DNA from: an uncultured Thermoplasmatales archaeon | GTDB taxonomy: Archaea; Thermoplasmatota; E2; DHVEG-1 | Reading direction: 5' to 3' | Assembly: GCA_964346655.1 (NCBI GenBank) | Contig: CAYFVP010000126.1 | Location: 7,877 to 71,876, forward strand | DNA length: 64,000 nucleotides | In this document: positions 1 through 9,366 of the stretch, in pieces | Layout of the letters: every line of letters begins with the position of its first letter | Numbering within the stretch: position 1 is the first letter of the stretch | The notes under the pieces: model-generated | What the model was told of the DNA's origin: nothing | Seen by the model: the letters and a program-made list of their open reading frames with translations, nothing else | The model's database searches: none | Made by a program: the position numbers and the translations under genes

Positions 1-79
1 TGGGAGTGTAGAATATAATAAAAATCTACCGATAAAAAAAAATATTAATGTAAACCATCAAGGAAGTATCAGTTCCTCG

Positions 80-1384
80 ATGGCTTTAGGATTTGATAAT
101 ATGACTATCAAACCCCGAGTAATAGGTAATATCGAAAATGGTTATAAATGTTATTCACAAAAACAACTTTTAACACATCTTGAAGTATCAAGTTGGCTTA
201 ATACAGTTAGTAAATCATCTCAAAAATATTATATTCGTGCAATAGAACTTTTTTGTAATTGGTGTGGAAAAAACCCATCACAACTTATTCTTGATAGAGA
301 TAAAGAAGTCAAAAGTGATAACCCTATTGAACGGAATAATACCCGTGATATGATTATAGAGTTCCGTAAACAACTTGAAAAAATGGGATATGCACCAAAA
401 AGTATCAATGTTATGGATGGTGCAATAAGAAGTTTTTACAGTTGTAATCTTGGTAAAATGGGAATGATAAACATACGGAATTATGCAGATGGAAAAGTAT
501 CTCTTTCAAAAGATTTAATACCAACACTTGAAGAATTAAAAAAGATGCTTGATACGGTCGATATTGAAGAAAAATTCCGTATTATATTTATTGCTCAAAC
601 AGGAATGAGAGTATCTGATGCTGTTAAACTCAAATATGGTGATATAAAAAGGGAACTTGAACAAAATAATAATCCAATTGCTATACGATTTTTACCTGTT
701 AAAGATCGTGATGTTATCGGTGAACGAATAACATTCTTAGGTAGTGATGGTATAGATATACTTAAACAATACCTTAATTATCGTAAGAAACGTGGTGAAA
801 TTCTTATTGATAATAGTCCATTATTTGCAAGTAGAACACGTAAACGTGGAATATATCAACCGATTACAGAACGTAATTTTAATGAAACAGTTAGAAAAGC
901 AGGAAAACGAATAGGACTTGTAAATAAAGATATAAAGTATGGTAGAATAAGAGTTCATTGTCTTAGGAAATTTTTTATCACACAACTAACAAATCATGGA
1001 GTAGAAGATAAAATAATCAACTTTCTAACATGTCATAAAATAAGTGATGTGGATAGTGTTTATTGGAATAGAAGAATAGACTCTTTACGTGAAATCTATA
1101 ATGATAGACAACAATATCTTAATCCTATTAATGGTGATAAGAAACATTATAACCTTGAAGAAATAAAAGATATTCAAAATAAGATACAGGATATGGATAA
1201 CCAAATACCCAGTATTGACCAAATTAAAGAACTAATAATTGAAGTATTAAATAAAAAACTAGAGGAAATTAAACCTAAAATCGAAAGTATAATTGTTGAC
1301 AATGAAAAAGATATAATCAAATATAGCAAAATGGGTTATAGTTGTGTTCCTATTGGAAAAAACAAATGGCTAATGAAAAACTAA
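80..1384 (+). CDS. Tyrosine recombinase / phage-type integrase (XerC/D-like core with ~100 aa acidic coiled-coil C-terminal extension)
   Basis: 434 aa; core-binding-like N-terminus; catalytic-type residues in order R (GMRVSDAVKL), H-x-x-R (RVHCLRKFF), Y (DSVYWNRR); at window edge so att/tRNA target not visible. Confidence 0.8.
   Translation: MALGFDNMTIKPRVIGNIENGYKCYSQKQLLTHLEVSSWLNTVSKSSQKYYIRAIELFCNWCGKNPSQLILDRDKEVKSDNPIERNNTRDMIIEFRKQLEKMGYAPKSINVMDGAIRSFYSCNLGKMGMINIRNYADGKVSLSKDLIPTLEELKKMLDTVDIEEKFRIIFIAQTGMRVSDAVKLKYGDIKRELEQNNNPIAIRFLPVKDRDVIGERITFLGSDGIDILKQYLNYRKKRGEILIDNSPLFASRTRKRGIYQPITERNFNETVRKAGKRIGLVNKDIKYGRIRVHCLRKFFITQLTNHGVEDKIINFLTCHKISDVDSVYWNRRIDSLREIYNDRQQYLNPINGDKKHYNLEEIKDIQNKIQDMDNQIPSIDQIKELIIEVLNKKLEEIKPKIESIIVDNEKDIIKYSKMGYSCVPIGKNKWLMKN
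80..1384 (+). mobile_element. Integrase marker of a probable integrated element (cargo boundary not determinable from the window)
   Basis: integrase followed by convergent/divergent uncharacterised small genes (1444-3585) before the housekeeping metabolic operons begin at ~6 kb. Confidence 0.4.
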
Positions 1385-1443
1385 CTTTGAAATTCCTCAA
1401 GTTTAATTTTGACATCATTTCTAAAAAACTCTAAAAAAATAAT

Positions 1444-2265
1444 TCAAGTCGGAAACAAAAAAAATTCTTCTCCTATTTCGTCCTCCCAATTAAATTGAAG
1501 TAAATCATTTTTACATTTTGGACAAATATCGTTTTTAGCTTGTTTTTTATTAATCCATATAGCACATTCAATATTATTACATAGATAATCAGCTTCGGCT
1601 ATTTTATCTTCATGAAAACCCTTTTTATTAACTCTATCAATTTCACACATTGGTTTTGGCAAAGACCTCACACAGATGCGGTCGACATAATTTTCATTAT
1701 ATTCATCCAAAACTGTTAATAAAAACCTTATTATTAATTCATTTAATTCCTCTAAACTGCTGTAATTATAATGATACAACTGGTCTGTTCTTGGTAATAA
1801 TTCTAATAATTTACCTATTAAAACATCAGAAGCCCCTAATACAATTTTCCCATTTTTTTTTACTTCTTCTTCAAAAACTCCATAAATTAAGTTTTTTATT
1901 AATTGATAATTAACAAATTTTGGATTTTTATTTACCAATATATCAAGTAAATAATCAAGTTCAGAATGTGAGCCTTTCCCAGCCCCTTTTACTGAAAAAA
2001 TCCATATACCAGTATCCTGTGACTCAATAAAATATTGACATTTCAATGAATTATTGATGCGAGAATTGTTAGTTTTATTTAATTTTTTGGGAAAATGAAA
2101 ATCCTCTACAATAAATGTGCTACCAAATCCACTTTTCCTAATATATTTTTTAATATCTTTTCTCAATTGAAATTCATTTTTAGGATGTGATGAACCAAAA
2201 ACTACTATTTCTAACATTTGTTTATCGGAATCATTAAGTATGATTGACATGTTTATAGTGAACAT
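1444..2265 (-). CDS. Hypothetical protein: N-terminal Rossmannoid LOG/SLOG- or TIR-like domain (weak motif match) + C-terminal zinc ribbon
   Basis: 273 aa; N-term 'EIVVFGSSHP' and 'KGAGKGSHSELDYLL' resemble LOG/SLOG 'VFGGS' and 'PGGxGTxEE' motifs; C-term 'CNNIECAIW...CPKCKND' 4-Cys ribbon. Confidence 0.4.
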   Translation of the reverse strand: MFTINMSIILNDSDKQMLEIVVFGSSHPKNEFQLRKDIKKYIRKSGFGSTFIVEDFHFPKKLNKTNNSRINNSLKCQYFIESQDTGIWIFSVKGAGKGSHSELDYLLDILVNKNPKFVNYQLIKNLIYGVFEEEVKKNGKIVLGASDVLIGKLLELLPRTDQLYHYNYSSLEELNELIIRFLLTVLDEYNENYVDRICVRSLPKPMCEIDRVNKKGFHEDKIAEADYLCNNIECAIWINKKQAKNDICPKCKNDLLQFNWEDEIGEEFFLFPT

Positions 2266-2368
2266 ATAAAAGATACATTTAGATATTTAGGTTGAATTTA
2301 TTAAAACAGGTTGAAAATAACAAACCTTATAAAGGATAAAAACAATATATATATGTTACGGAGGATAA

Positions 2369-2920
2369 ATGCCAAAAAATCTCGATGAACAGGCTATGGT
2401 AGCTAAAGCATTTGCTACACTATCTGATATAACTTCAAGAATTATAGTAAATAAATTAGAGAATGACAATTTGTCTTTTACAGAATTGCAAAAATCAACC
2501 AGATTAGATAAAAATTCGTTATATTATAAAATAAAGAAATTAATTAAATCAGGAATTATTGTCAATTATTATCAGAAAAGAGAAGACACATCTGAATATT
2601 CTTTTTATAAAATAACTTCGTTTGGAAAAAAAATATTGGATCAACTTGATATTTCAGTTGTGAAAAAAAGACCTATTGTAACAACGGATAAAAAATCTGA
2701 ATTTTATAATTTTAAAGAAGATATAAATGAATTATATAGATTTCTTCCAGTTTCTTTTGACTCCTATATAAAAATGAATATTAAACGAGCTAGCATTTGC
2801 GATGAAATTGAAAATAAGAGAAAAATAAAATTATTAAAAGATATTAGATTTTTTGAAGATAATTGGTATGAGGTTAATAAATTCAAGACGGAATACAGAA
2901 AGAAAATGGAAACAATATGA
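2369..2920 (+). CDS. ArsR/winged-helix family transcriptional regulator
   Basis: 183 aa; N-terminal wHTH-like segment 'LSDITSRIIVNKLENDNLSFTELQKSTRLDKNSLYYKIKKLIKSGII'; preceded by TATA-like 'atatatata' and SD 'ggagga'. Confidence 0.6.
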   Translation: MPKNLDEQAMVAKAFATLSDITSRIIVNKLENDNLSFTELQKSTRLDKNSLYYKIKKLIKSGIIVNYYQKREDTSEYSFYKITSFGKKILDQLDISVVKKRPIVTTDKKSEFYNFKEDINELYRFLPVSFDSYIKMNIKRASICDEIENKRKIKLLKDIRFFEDNWYEVNKFKTEYRKKMETI

Positions 2921-3585
2921 AAATAGAAAATTTTGAATCAGACCTTTCTTCAATTTCATATGAGATATTTGAGTCAACTATCCCAGTAACATATATTGTT
3001 AATTATCTCGAAAAAAACAAAAATTTTGCTGGAAAACCCGAAATTAGTGTAGAAGAAAATATAAAAATAGTAAGATATAAAGATGCCATTATTACAATTA
3101 ATGAAGATTCTTTTGAAATACCTCTACTGCATTTATCTGAGTATAATATTTCAGTTGCCGTTGATAAAGCCTCATCTAAAGATGCAAAAATGATTTGTGA
3201 TACTATTCTTAGTCAAATTCCTAAACCAATTTATAATAAACTAAAAATTAAAGAATATTATAGAACTACAGTTCGTGTTAAAACTAATTTTAGAATATCA
3301 AATTTAATCAAAGATGATTACATAGATAAATTCAACGAGATAAAAAAAACCTTTCCAAAATTTGAAAAAACTGAAAGAGACTTACAAATACCTGGACTGC
3401 ATTTAAGAATTACACCTGTTATTAAAGGCGATTATGCCTCACGAGTAGTAAAAGGATTAGAACCAATGGTAAGCTATGCGTTAGATTTCCATTTTGCATC
3501 ATCAACTGACTATGAAAATAATATTTTAACAGTTACGGCAGACCTTGAAGATACTAAAATTAAACAAATCCTCCAACAAATATAA
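2917..3585 (+). CDS. Hypothetical protein (no recognisable motif), translationally coupled to upstream HTH gene
   Basis: 222 aa ORF; ATGA start/stop overlap with 2369-2920. Confidence 0.45.
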   Translation: MKIENFESDLSSISYEIFESTIPVTYIVNYLEKNKNFAGKPEISVEENIKIVRYKDAIITINEDSFEIPLLHLSEYNISVAVDKASSKDAKMICDTILSQIPKPIYNKLKIKEYYRTTVRVKTNFRISNLIKDDYIDKFNEIKKTFPKFEKTERDLQIPGLHLRITPVIKGDYASRVVKGLEPMVSYALDFHFASSTDYENNILTVTADLEDTKIKQILQQI

Positions 3586-3774
3586 GAAAAAATTTATTTT
3601 GAACTGCTGAACCTTGTAATTCCATTCCTTCTTTCCAACCGTATTTTTTAATATAAGTATAGAAGCTATAATACTAGCTCTGACATATTAAAATTGCCAT
3701 ACTCACATTAAATAGAAATAAAACATAGGCAAAATGTGATGTTTAACGTCCATTTAATTTATTAAAAATTTTTA

Positions 3775-5745
3775 TTAATTAAGTTCAACACTATTTATCT
3801 CACTTAGATCTGCAAGGCTGTTCATTTTTACCATTTTACTAGAAATTGTGTAAAGAGTATCTTCGATGTATAACGAACGAGAAATAAAAGAAGAAGAATC
3901 TCGCCAGTGCCACCAATATTCATCTTTTTGTTTGTCATCCTCACTAACATGTGTGATCCTATCTCTGTATTCGAAACCATTTAAATTTAACCTAATAACA
4001 AAAGCACCTTGGAAGGTAAACTCTCCATATATACTATCAGGAATGATATCGTATTGGTTTTTTATTTCTTCACTTATTTCATAGAGGCTCACAGGTATTA
4101 CAAGTAGTTCTTTTTCTTTATCAAACAAAAATGCCTTATGATCATGTAATGCTGGGCTATCTGTTCCTCTGTCACCAATTATTATTTTATCTACTTCTTT
4201 TGGGTTTTCAAAATTACTTACATCAAAAAGAGCAATCTTTATTCCCTGATACCAAGCAAAGTTCCCATAGCTTGATTCAACTGTTTCTTTTCCAATACCA
4301 ATAATATGATTCTCATCATATGGATGTAAATAATCTGAGTAACCTGGTATTTTCAGATAACCCATAATTTTTGGATTATAAGGATCTGACAAATCGATTG
4401 TAAAAAATGGATCGATTTTTTTAAAGGTAACAAGATAAGCCTTGTCGCCCATAAATCTGGAAGAGTAGATTTGTTCCCCTTCTGCAATACCTTCTATTGA
4501 AGATATGCGATCAAGGTTTTCGTCAAAAATAAAAATATTATTTTGAGATGGATTTTCATCATCCCAAACATAACCAATGGTTGTTGCTATTCTAAAAAAA
4601 TTGTTGTGTTCATCCATTGAGAACTGATTCAAAATGTGACCAGGAACCTCATTTTTATCTAAATAATTTATCTCTCCATTTTTAACTTGAATTTTATGAA
4701 TTGCTGTGGTTTCCTCAGGTGGTCTATATATCAATCCATCCGATTGAATTGTATCATAATTATAACTTGTATAAACAAGATAAATGTTGTTTTTTGACAT
4801 GTACATATTTTGTGATACACCAATCAAAAAACTTTTTTCATTAACTGTCAATCCATCAAGATTAATTGAAATCACATGCGTCATTGTATCAACAGCTTCA
4901 GGTGAATCAATATAATAGATTTGATCATATGGAATTTTACTTGTATCATTGTCAATTTTTATTTCAGGGATATTTAATGTGTAATTTCCATCATGATATC
5001 TAAAAATATAATATGAATATTCTGATGAAACAACATAGATGTAATTGCCAATCATTCTAGAGTCAAAGTATGTTCCATCGATTTCAATATTTTTTACAAG
5101 GTCTGGATTTTCTTTATCAGATGTATCATAAATTTTTATTGCTGAGGATGAAACCTCCCATGTAACCTTTTCAGTTACAACCTCTTCTGATATTACATCG
5201 GTTTCAATATACCCATTGTACAATATTGGATAATTATATGAACTTCCAAACACAATCAAATAATTATCATTAATAAAGAACTCATTAATGTATACATCAT
5301 TATCAATAATTATTTTAGAAAGAATTGTGGCATTTTTTGCAGGATTTGCTTTTAATATATACAGGGTTTGATCTGCTAAAACATATAGATATATCCCATC
5401 TGTTTTAACAATATCTGGTTCATCAACACCCTCGACTTGAACATTTGTTGTCGAATAATCTGTAGAACCATCATCTGAAGATTTGGAATTTGAACTATCA
5501 GACTCGGCCATAGGTAGAGCTATTCTGTTACCTGATAAGAATCCATATTGATAATTTCCTGTACCATAGGTTTCATAATTTGTTTTTAAAAAATTTGATA
5601 ATTCATCATATGATGAAAAGGTTTTAACTTGATATGAATATTCATCATTTAGATTATTTATTAATACATATGCTCCAAAAATAATTCCAATTACTAAAAT
5701 AGTTAATACAAAAAGACCCTTGAATTTAATATTATTTTTTCCCAT
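3775..5745 (-). CDS. Secreted/membrane-anchored protein with C-terminal beta-propeller (COG4880-like archaeal/Bacillus secreted propeller family)
   Basis: 656 aa; N-terminal signal anchor 'LFVLTILVIGIIFGAYVL'; long Tyr/Asp/Gly-rich propeller-like C-terminal region. Confidence 0.55.
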   Translation of the reverse strand: MGKNNIKFKGLFVLTILVIGIIFGAYVLINNLNDEYSYQVKTFSSYDELSNFLKTNYETYGTGNYQYGFLSGNRIALPMAESDSSNSKSSDDGSTDYSTTNVQVEGVDEPDIVKTDGIYLYVLADQTLYILKANPAKNATILSKIIIDNDVYINEFFINDNYLIVFGSSYNYPILYNGYIETDVISEEVVTEKVTWEVSSSAIKIYDTSDKENPDLVKNIEIDGTYFDSRMIGNYIYVVSSEYSYYIFRYHDGNYTLNIPEIKIDNDTSKIPYDQIYYIDSPEAVDTMTHVISINLDGLTVNEKSFLIGVSQNMYMSKNNIYLVYTSYNYDTIQSDGLIYRPPEETTAIHKIQVKNGEINYLDKNEVPGHILNQFSMDEHNNFFRIATTIGYVWDDENPSQNNIFIFDENLDRISSIEGIAEGEQIYSSRFMGDKAYLVTFKKIDPFFTIDLSDPYNPKIMGYLKIPGYSDYLHPYDENHIIGIGKETVESSYGNFAWYQGIKIALFDVSNFENPKEVDKIIIGDRGTDSPALHDHKAFLFDKEKELLVIPVSLYEISEEIKNQYDIIPDSIYGEFTFQGAFVIRLNLNGFEYRDRITHVSEDDKQKDEYWWHWRDSSSFISRSLYIEDTLYTISSKMVKMNSLADLSEINSVELN

Positions 5746-6062
5746 AATTACACCTTCGTTTTTTATTTTAGCTACTAGTTATTATATTTAAAGTTTAAAT
5801 AGTATATCAAAACGTAGGGGAAAAACCTTACAAATTTTTCTACTGACTTCATATTTTAGCAATATCTACAATAAAAAAATAAAAAATTATTTTCATGTTA
5901 AACATTCTAAATTACTCTTTATTTTTTATCATTTATATTTTAAATATGATTGTAAAACCTATTTTATTAGATTATTATAACTAAATATTTCTTTCTAATA
6001 ATCCAATATCTAAAAATAGATAGTAATTACTATAATCCTTTATAAATTGAAACAATGATGAT

Positions 6063-7688
6063 TCAAATAATGACTGGTTCCTCGAATTTTCCAAAGATCT
6101 CCTTAAGTACCATTGTTATTTCACCTACTGTTGAATAGGCTCTTACACAATCGATAATATAGGGCATCAGATTCTCATTTGTTTGTGCCATAGTACGAAG
6201 TTTTTCTAGGCTTTTCGAAACCTCTTTATTATTTCTAGTTTCCTTTACTTGATTGAGCATCTTTATTTGTTGCTTAACTAGAGAAGGATCATACTCATGA
6301 ATCTCAATGGTTCTATCTTCCTCTTCTACAGTATGATACTTGTTCACACCAACCTTTACTAATTCACCAGATTGAATCATTTTCTCGTAGAGATAGGCCT
6401 GCCTAGAAACTTCTCTTTGAATTTCTCCTTTAGAAATTGCAGACACTATACCTCCACGTTTTTCTATCTTATTCATACAATCCACAATTTTTTCTTCTAG
6501 TTGATCAGTTAATGCTTCAACATAGTATGATCCACCTAAAGGGTCAGCAGTATCACATAATCCCATTTCTTCTATTAAAATCTGCATAGTACGTAATGAA
6601 ATAATTGCAGCTTTTTCAGAGGGAATTGTATATGCTTCGTCATATGAACATAATGCCATTGTTTGTGTGCCACTAAGTGCAGAAATAAGTGCATAATAAG
6701 CACCGCGCACAATATTATTTTCTGGTTGCTCAATTGTAAGTCCCCCACCACCTCCACCAGCAATCATCTTCATCATCATTGCTTTAGGATCTGTAGCAGC
6801 AAATTCATTTTTCACTATCTTTGCCCAGAGTCTTCTTGCTGCTCTGAATTTGGCTATTTGTTCAAAAAAATTACCATGTATATCAAAATTAAAGGAGATT
6901 CGAGGTATGAAATCGTTTGCATCAATTCCACGGGCAAGTACATGCTGAATATAGGCTTTAGCAATAGAAAAGGCGTATGCAATCTCTTGAACAGGATTTG
7001 CACCAGACTCACGAATATGATACCCGCAGACGCTCACAGGATAATACTTAGGTATATTTCTTGCACAATACTCAATGGTGTCAGTTATCAATCTAAGCGA
7101 AGGCTCTACTGGGAAGATCCAAGTTCCTCGTCCGATATACTCTTTGAGTATATCGTTTTGGGCAGTGCCCCTTATTTTATCAGGGCTAAGACCCTGTTTT
7201 TCAGCAACAACAATATACATTGCCAATAGTATTGCTGCAGTTGAGTTTATAGTTAGAGAAGTACTTATTTTATCCAACGGTATACCCTTAAAAGCATACT
7301 CCATATCCTTTAAAGTATCAACAGCCATTCCAACCCTACCGACTTCTCCTTCAGCGAGTACATCATCAGAATCTAGTCCCATCTGGGTGGGTAGATCAAA
7401 TGCAACATTTAGACCTGTTTGTCCATGTTCTATTAAATATTTGAATCGCTTGTTGGTTTCTCTGGCTGTAGCAAAACCAGAATACTGTCGCATGGTCCAA
7501 GGTCGGGTGCGATACATATATGGATGAATGCCTCTTGTATATGGATATTTTCCAGGATCCTTAATGTCCTTTTCATAATCAAGGCCTTTGACATCCTCTG
7601 GTGAATAAACAGGTTTGACTATTATTCCTGACTCAAGAACTACTTCTTTTTCCTTTTGTTGGGTGTCTTTCATAATCTTGCCCCACAT
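6063..7688 (-). CDS. Methylmalonyl-CoA mutase family, large (catalytic, N-terminal TIM-barrel) subunit; substrate specificity (methylmalonyl/isobutyryl/ethylmalonyl-CoA) not resolvable
   Basis: 541 aa; 'YPYTRGIHPYMYRTRPWTMRQYSGFATARETNKRFKYLIEHGQTGLNVAFDLPTQ' matches MCM family N-terminus; true start probably the internal Met at ~7673. Confidence 0.9.
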   Translation of the reverse strand: MWGKIMKDTQQKEKEVVLESGIIVKPVYSPEDVKGLDYEKDIKDPGKYPYTRGIHPYMYRTRPWTMRQYSGFATARETNKRFKYLIEHGQTGLNVAFDLPTQMGLDSDDVLAEGEVGRVGMAVDTLKDMEYAFKGIPLDKISTSLTINSTAAILLAMYIVVAEKQGLSPDKIRGTAQNDILKEYIGRGTWIFPVEPSLRLITDTIEYCARNIPKYYPVSVCGYHIRESGANPVQEIAYAFSIAKAYIQHVLARGIDANDFIPRISFNFDIHGNFFEQIAKFRAARRLWAKIVKNEFAATDPKAMMMKMIAGGGGGGLTIEQPENNIVRGAYYALISALSGTQTMALCSYDEAYTIPSEKAAIISLRTMQILIEEMGLCDTADPLGGSYYVEALTDQLEEKIVDCMNKIEKRGGIVSAISKGEIQREVSRQAYLYEKMIQSGELVKVGVNKYHTVEEEDRTIEIHEYDPSLVKQQIKMLNQVKETRNNKEVSKSLEKLRTMAQTNENLMPYIIDCVRAYSTVGEITMVLKEIFGKFEEPVII

Positions 7689-8097
7689 TTATTTTAATAA
7701 AATCTATAATATCAGAAAACTTAGAGCCTGTTGGAAATACACCTTTTACACCTAAAGTCTGAAGGCCATCAATATCCCGTCTTGGGATATTGCCGCCTAC
7801 AATAATTAAAATATCGTTCATAGCTATTTCCTTCAAGTGTTTCATTAACTTCTCAGTTATTGGATAATGCGCACCAGAAAGAATACTTAATCCAATAACA
7901 TTAACATCCTCTTGAATAGCTGTTTCAATAATTTGTTCGATAGTCTGATGCAGACCTGTATAAATAACCTCCATACCTGCATCACGTAATAGCTGAGCAA
8001 TAATCTTTACACCACGATCATGCCCATCCAAACCAGGCTTTGCAATTAAAATCCTTATTTTTTTTTCTGGCAATGCAAGTCCTCCACATCTAATCAA
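7633..8097 (-). CDS. B12-binding small subunit of methylmalonyl-CoA mutase family
   Basis: 154 aa; 'KIRILIAKPGLDGHDRGVKIIAQLLRDAGMEVIYTG' classic cobalamin-binding DxHxxG motif region. Confidence 0.85.
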   Translation of the reverse strand: MIRCGGLALPEKKIRILIAKPGLDGHDRGVKIIAQLLRDAGMEVIYTGLHQTIEQIIETAIQEDVNVIGLSILSGAHYPITEKLMKHLKEIAMNDILIIVGGNIPRRDIDGLQTLGVKGVFPTGSKFSDIIDFIKINVGQDYERHPTKGKRSSS

Positions 8098-8837
8098 ATA
8101 CCAACGCTAATGCCACCATCAACAAATATTACTTGTCCAGTGATATAACTTGATTCCTCACTTGCCAAAAAGACATGAATGTTGGCAATCTCTTTAGGCT
8201 CTGCAAACCTACCAAGTGGAATTTTTTTCTTAATCATTTGTGCAATTTCAGGAGGCATCTTTGCTGTCATTGGTGTATTTGTAGCCCCGGGAGACACGCA
8301 ATTAACGGTAATATTATATCGAGCACCTTCCAGTGCCAACGTTTTAGTAAGACCTATTACACCCGCTTTAGAAGCAGAATAATTTGCCTGCCCAATATTT
8401 CCAAGTGCCCCAATTGATGCGGTGTTAATTATCCTTCCAGATTTTTGCTCTGACATTGGACCAAGTGCAGCTTGAGCACACAAAAATGTTCCTTTAAGAT
8501 TGATATTAATAACTTTGTCCCATTGCTCTTCAGTCATTTTTTTAGCAAAAGAATCTCTATTGACACCTGCATTGTTTACAAGGATATCAAGTCTACCAAA
8601 TTGCTTTAATATTTGCTTTATCATATCTTCTACCTCACGTTTCTTGCAAATATCAGCGATGCAAACCAAAGCCTCATAACCTTTTGCCTTTACCTTTTTA
8701 GCTACATTATTTGCATTATCTACATTGACATCATTGATTACTACTTTTGCACCTTCTTCTGAAAATCTTAAAACTGTTGCCTCACCTATTCCGCTTCCTC
8801 CCCCAGTTATCAAAGCAACCTTATTTTTTAATCTCAT
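8094..8837 (-). CDS. fabG: Short-chain dehydrogenase/reductase (3-oxoacyl-ACP/CoA reductase, FabG-like)
   Basis: 247 aa; 'ALITGGGSGIGEA' cofactor motif, 'NNAG', 'YSASKAG' catalytic motif. Confidence 0.85.
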   Translation of the reverse strand: MRLKNKVALITGGGSGIGEATVLRFSEEGAKVVINDVNVDNANNVAKKVKAKGYEALVCIADICKKREVEDMIKQILKQFGRLDILVNNAGVNRDSFAKKMTEEQWDKVININLKGTFLCAQAALGPMSEQKSGRIINTASIGALGNIGQANYSASKAGVIGLTKTLALEGARYNITVNCVSPGATNTPMTAKMPPEIAQMIKKKIPLGRFAEPKEIANIHVFLASEESSYITGQVIFVDGGISVGI

Positions 8838-8876
8838 ACTTATTTCCCCCTATTTTATTACTTTTTATTATATGTT

Positions 8877-9326
8877 TTATCTACGCAACATCACCACCCA
8901 TTGTCCATCAACAATAGGTTGGTCATTTTGATTATACACAATAGTATTGAAAGTAACTATACCCCTATCATCCTTGCTTGTCTCCTTTTTATCTAAAACC
9001 TTGAGGACTAGATGTATTGTGTCCCCAAACTTTGCAACACCTTTATAATTTATTATCATACTTAATAGTGCAATTGTAGTTCCTTCAAAGATGCCTAGCT
9101 GATTAGCCAGACCAGTAGCAATACTCACACACAACATGCCATGAGCTACCCTACCCTTAAATGGGGTTGATTTTCCAAATTTTTCATCTGTATGAAGAGG
9201 ATTGAAATCACCAGATAATCCAGCAAAGTTAACAACATCTGCTTCTGTAATAGTCCTAGAAGCTGTTGTGAATTCATCACTTACCTTGAACTCATTAAAG
9301 GTTTTACCTTTAAATTTATATACCAT
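8877..9326 (-). CDS. MaoC-like (R)-specific enoyl-CoA hydratase / hot-dog fold dehydratase
   Basis: 149 aa; 'FAGLSGDFNPLHTDEKF...RVAHGMLC' hot-dog MaoC signature. Confidence 0.8.
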   Translation of the reverse strand: MVYKFKGKTFNEFKVSDEFTTASRTITEADVVNFAGLSGDFNPLHTDEKFGKSTPFKGRVAHGMLCVSIATGLANQLGIFEGTTIALLSMIINYKGVAKFGDTIHLVLKVLDKKETSKDDRGIVTFNTIVYNQNDQPIVDGQWVVMLRR

Positions 9327-9366
9327 GCTTTTTACCTCCCAGTTATCGCAATAAAATATAACTAAT

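Noticed and set aside
1-79. tRNA or att site expected next to the integrase
   Set aside because: The 79 nt upstream of the integrase are AT-rich with no GC-rich cloverleaf-like segment. No tRNA-like sequence was seen in any intergenic region of the window.
1650-1913. 87-aa ORF antisense to the 1444-2265 gene. Similar short antisense ORFs occur at 3866-4084, 6575-7229, 7075-7527, 8175-8417, 11550-11750, 15484-15829, 18916-19329, 24343-24939, 25713-26080 and 41452-42020.
   Set aside because: They lie entirely inside longer ORFs with clear family homology on the opposite strand. They are low-complexity, lack SD/TATA context and are typical shadow ORFs of AT-rich DNA.
7633-7688. 56-nt overlap between the B12-binding subunit gene and the called mutase large-subunit start, as a possible frameshift or fusion
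   Set aside because: Both reading frames are complete and family-typical. The overlap shrinks if the internal Met (~7673) is used, so this is more likely start-codon mis-calling than a real fusion. It is mentioned under the operon finding only.
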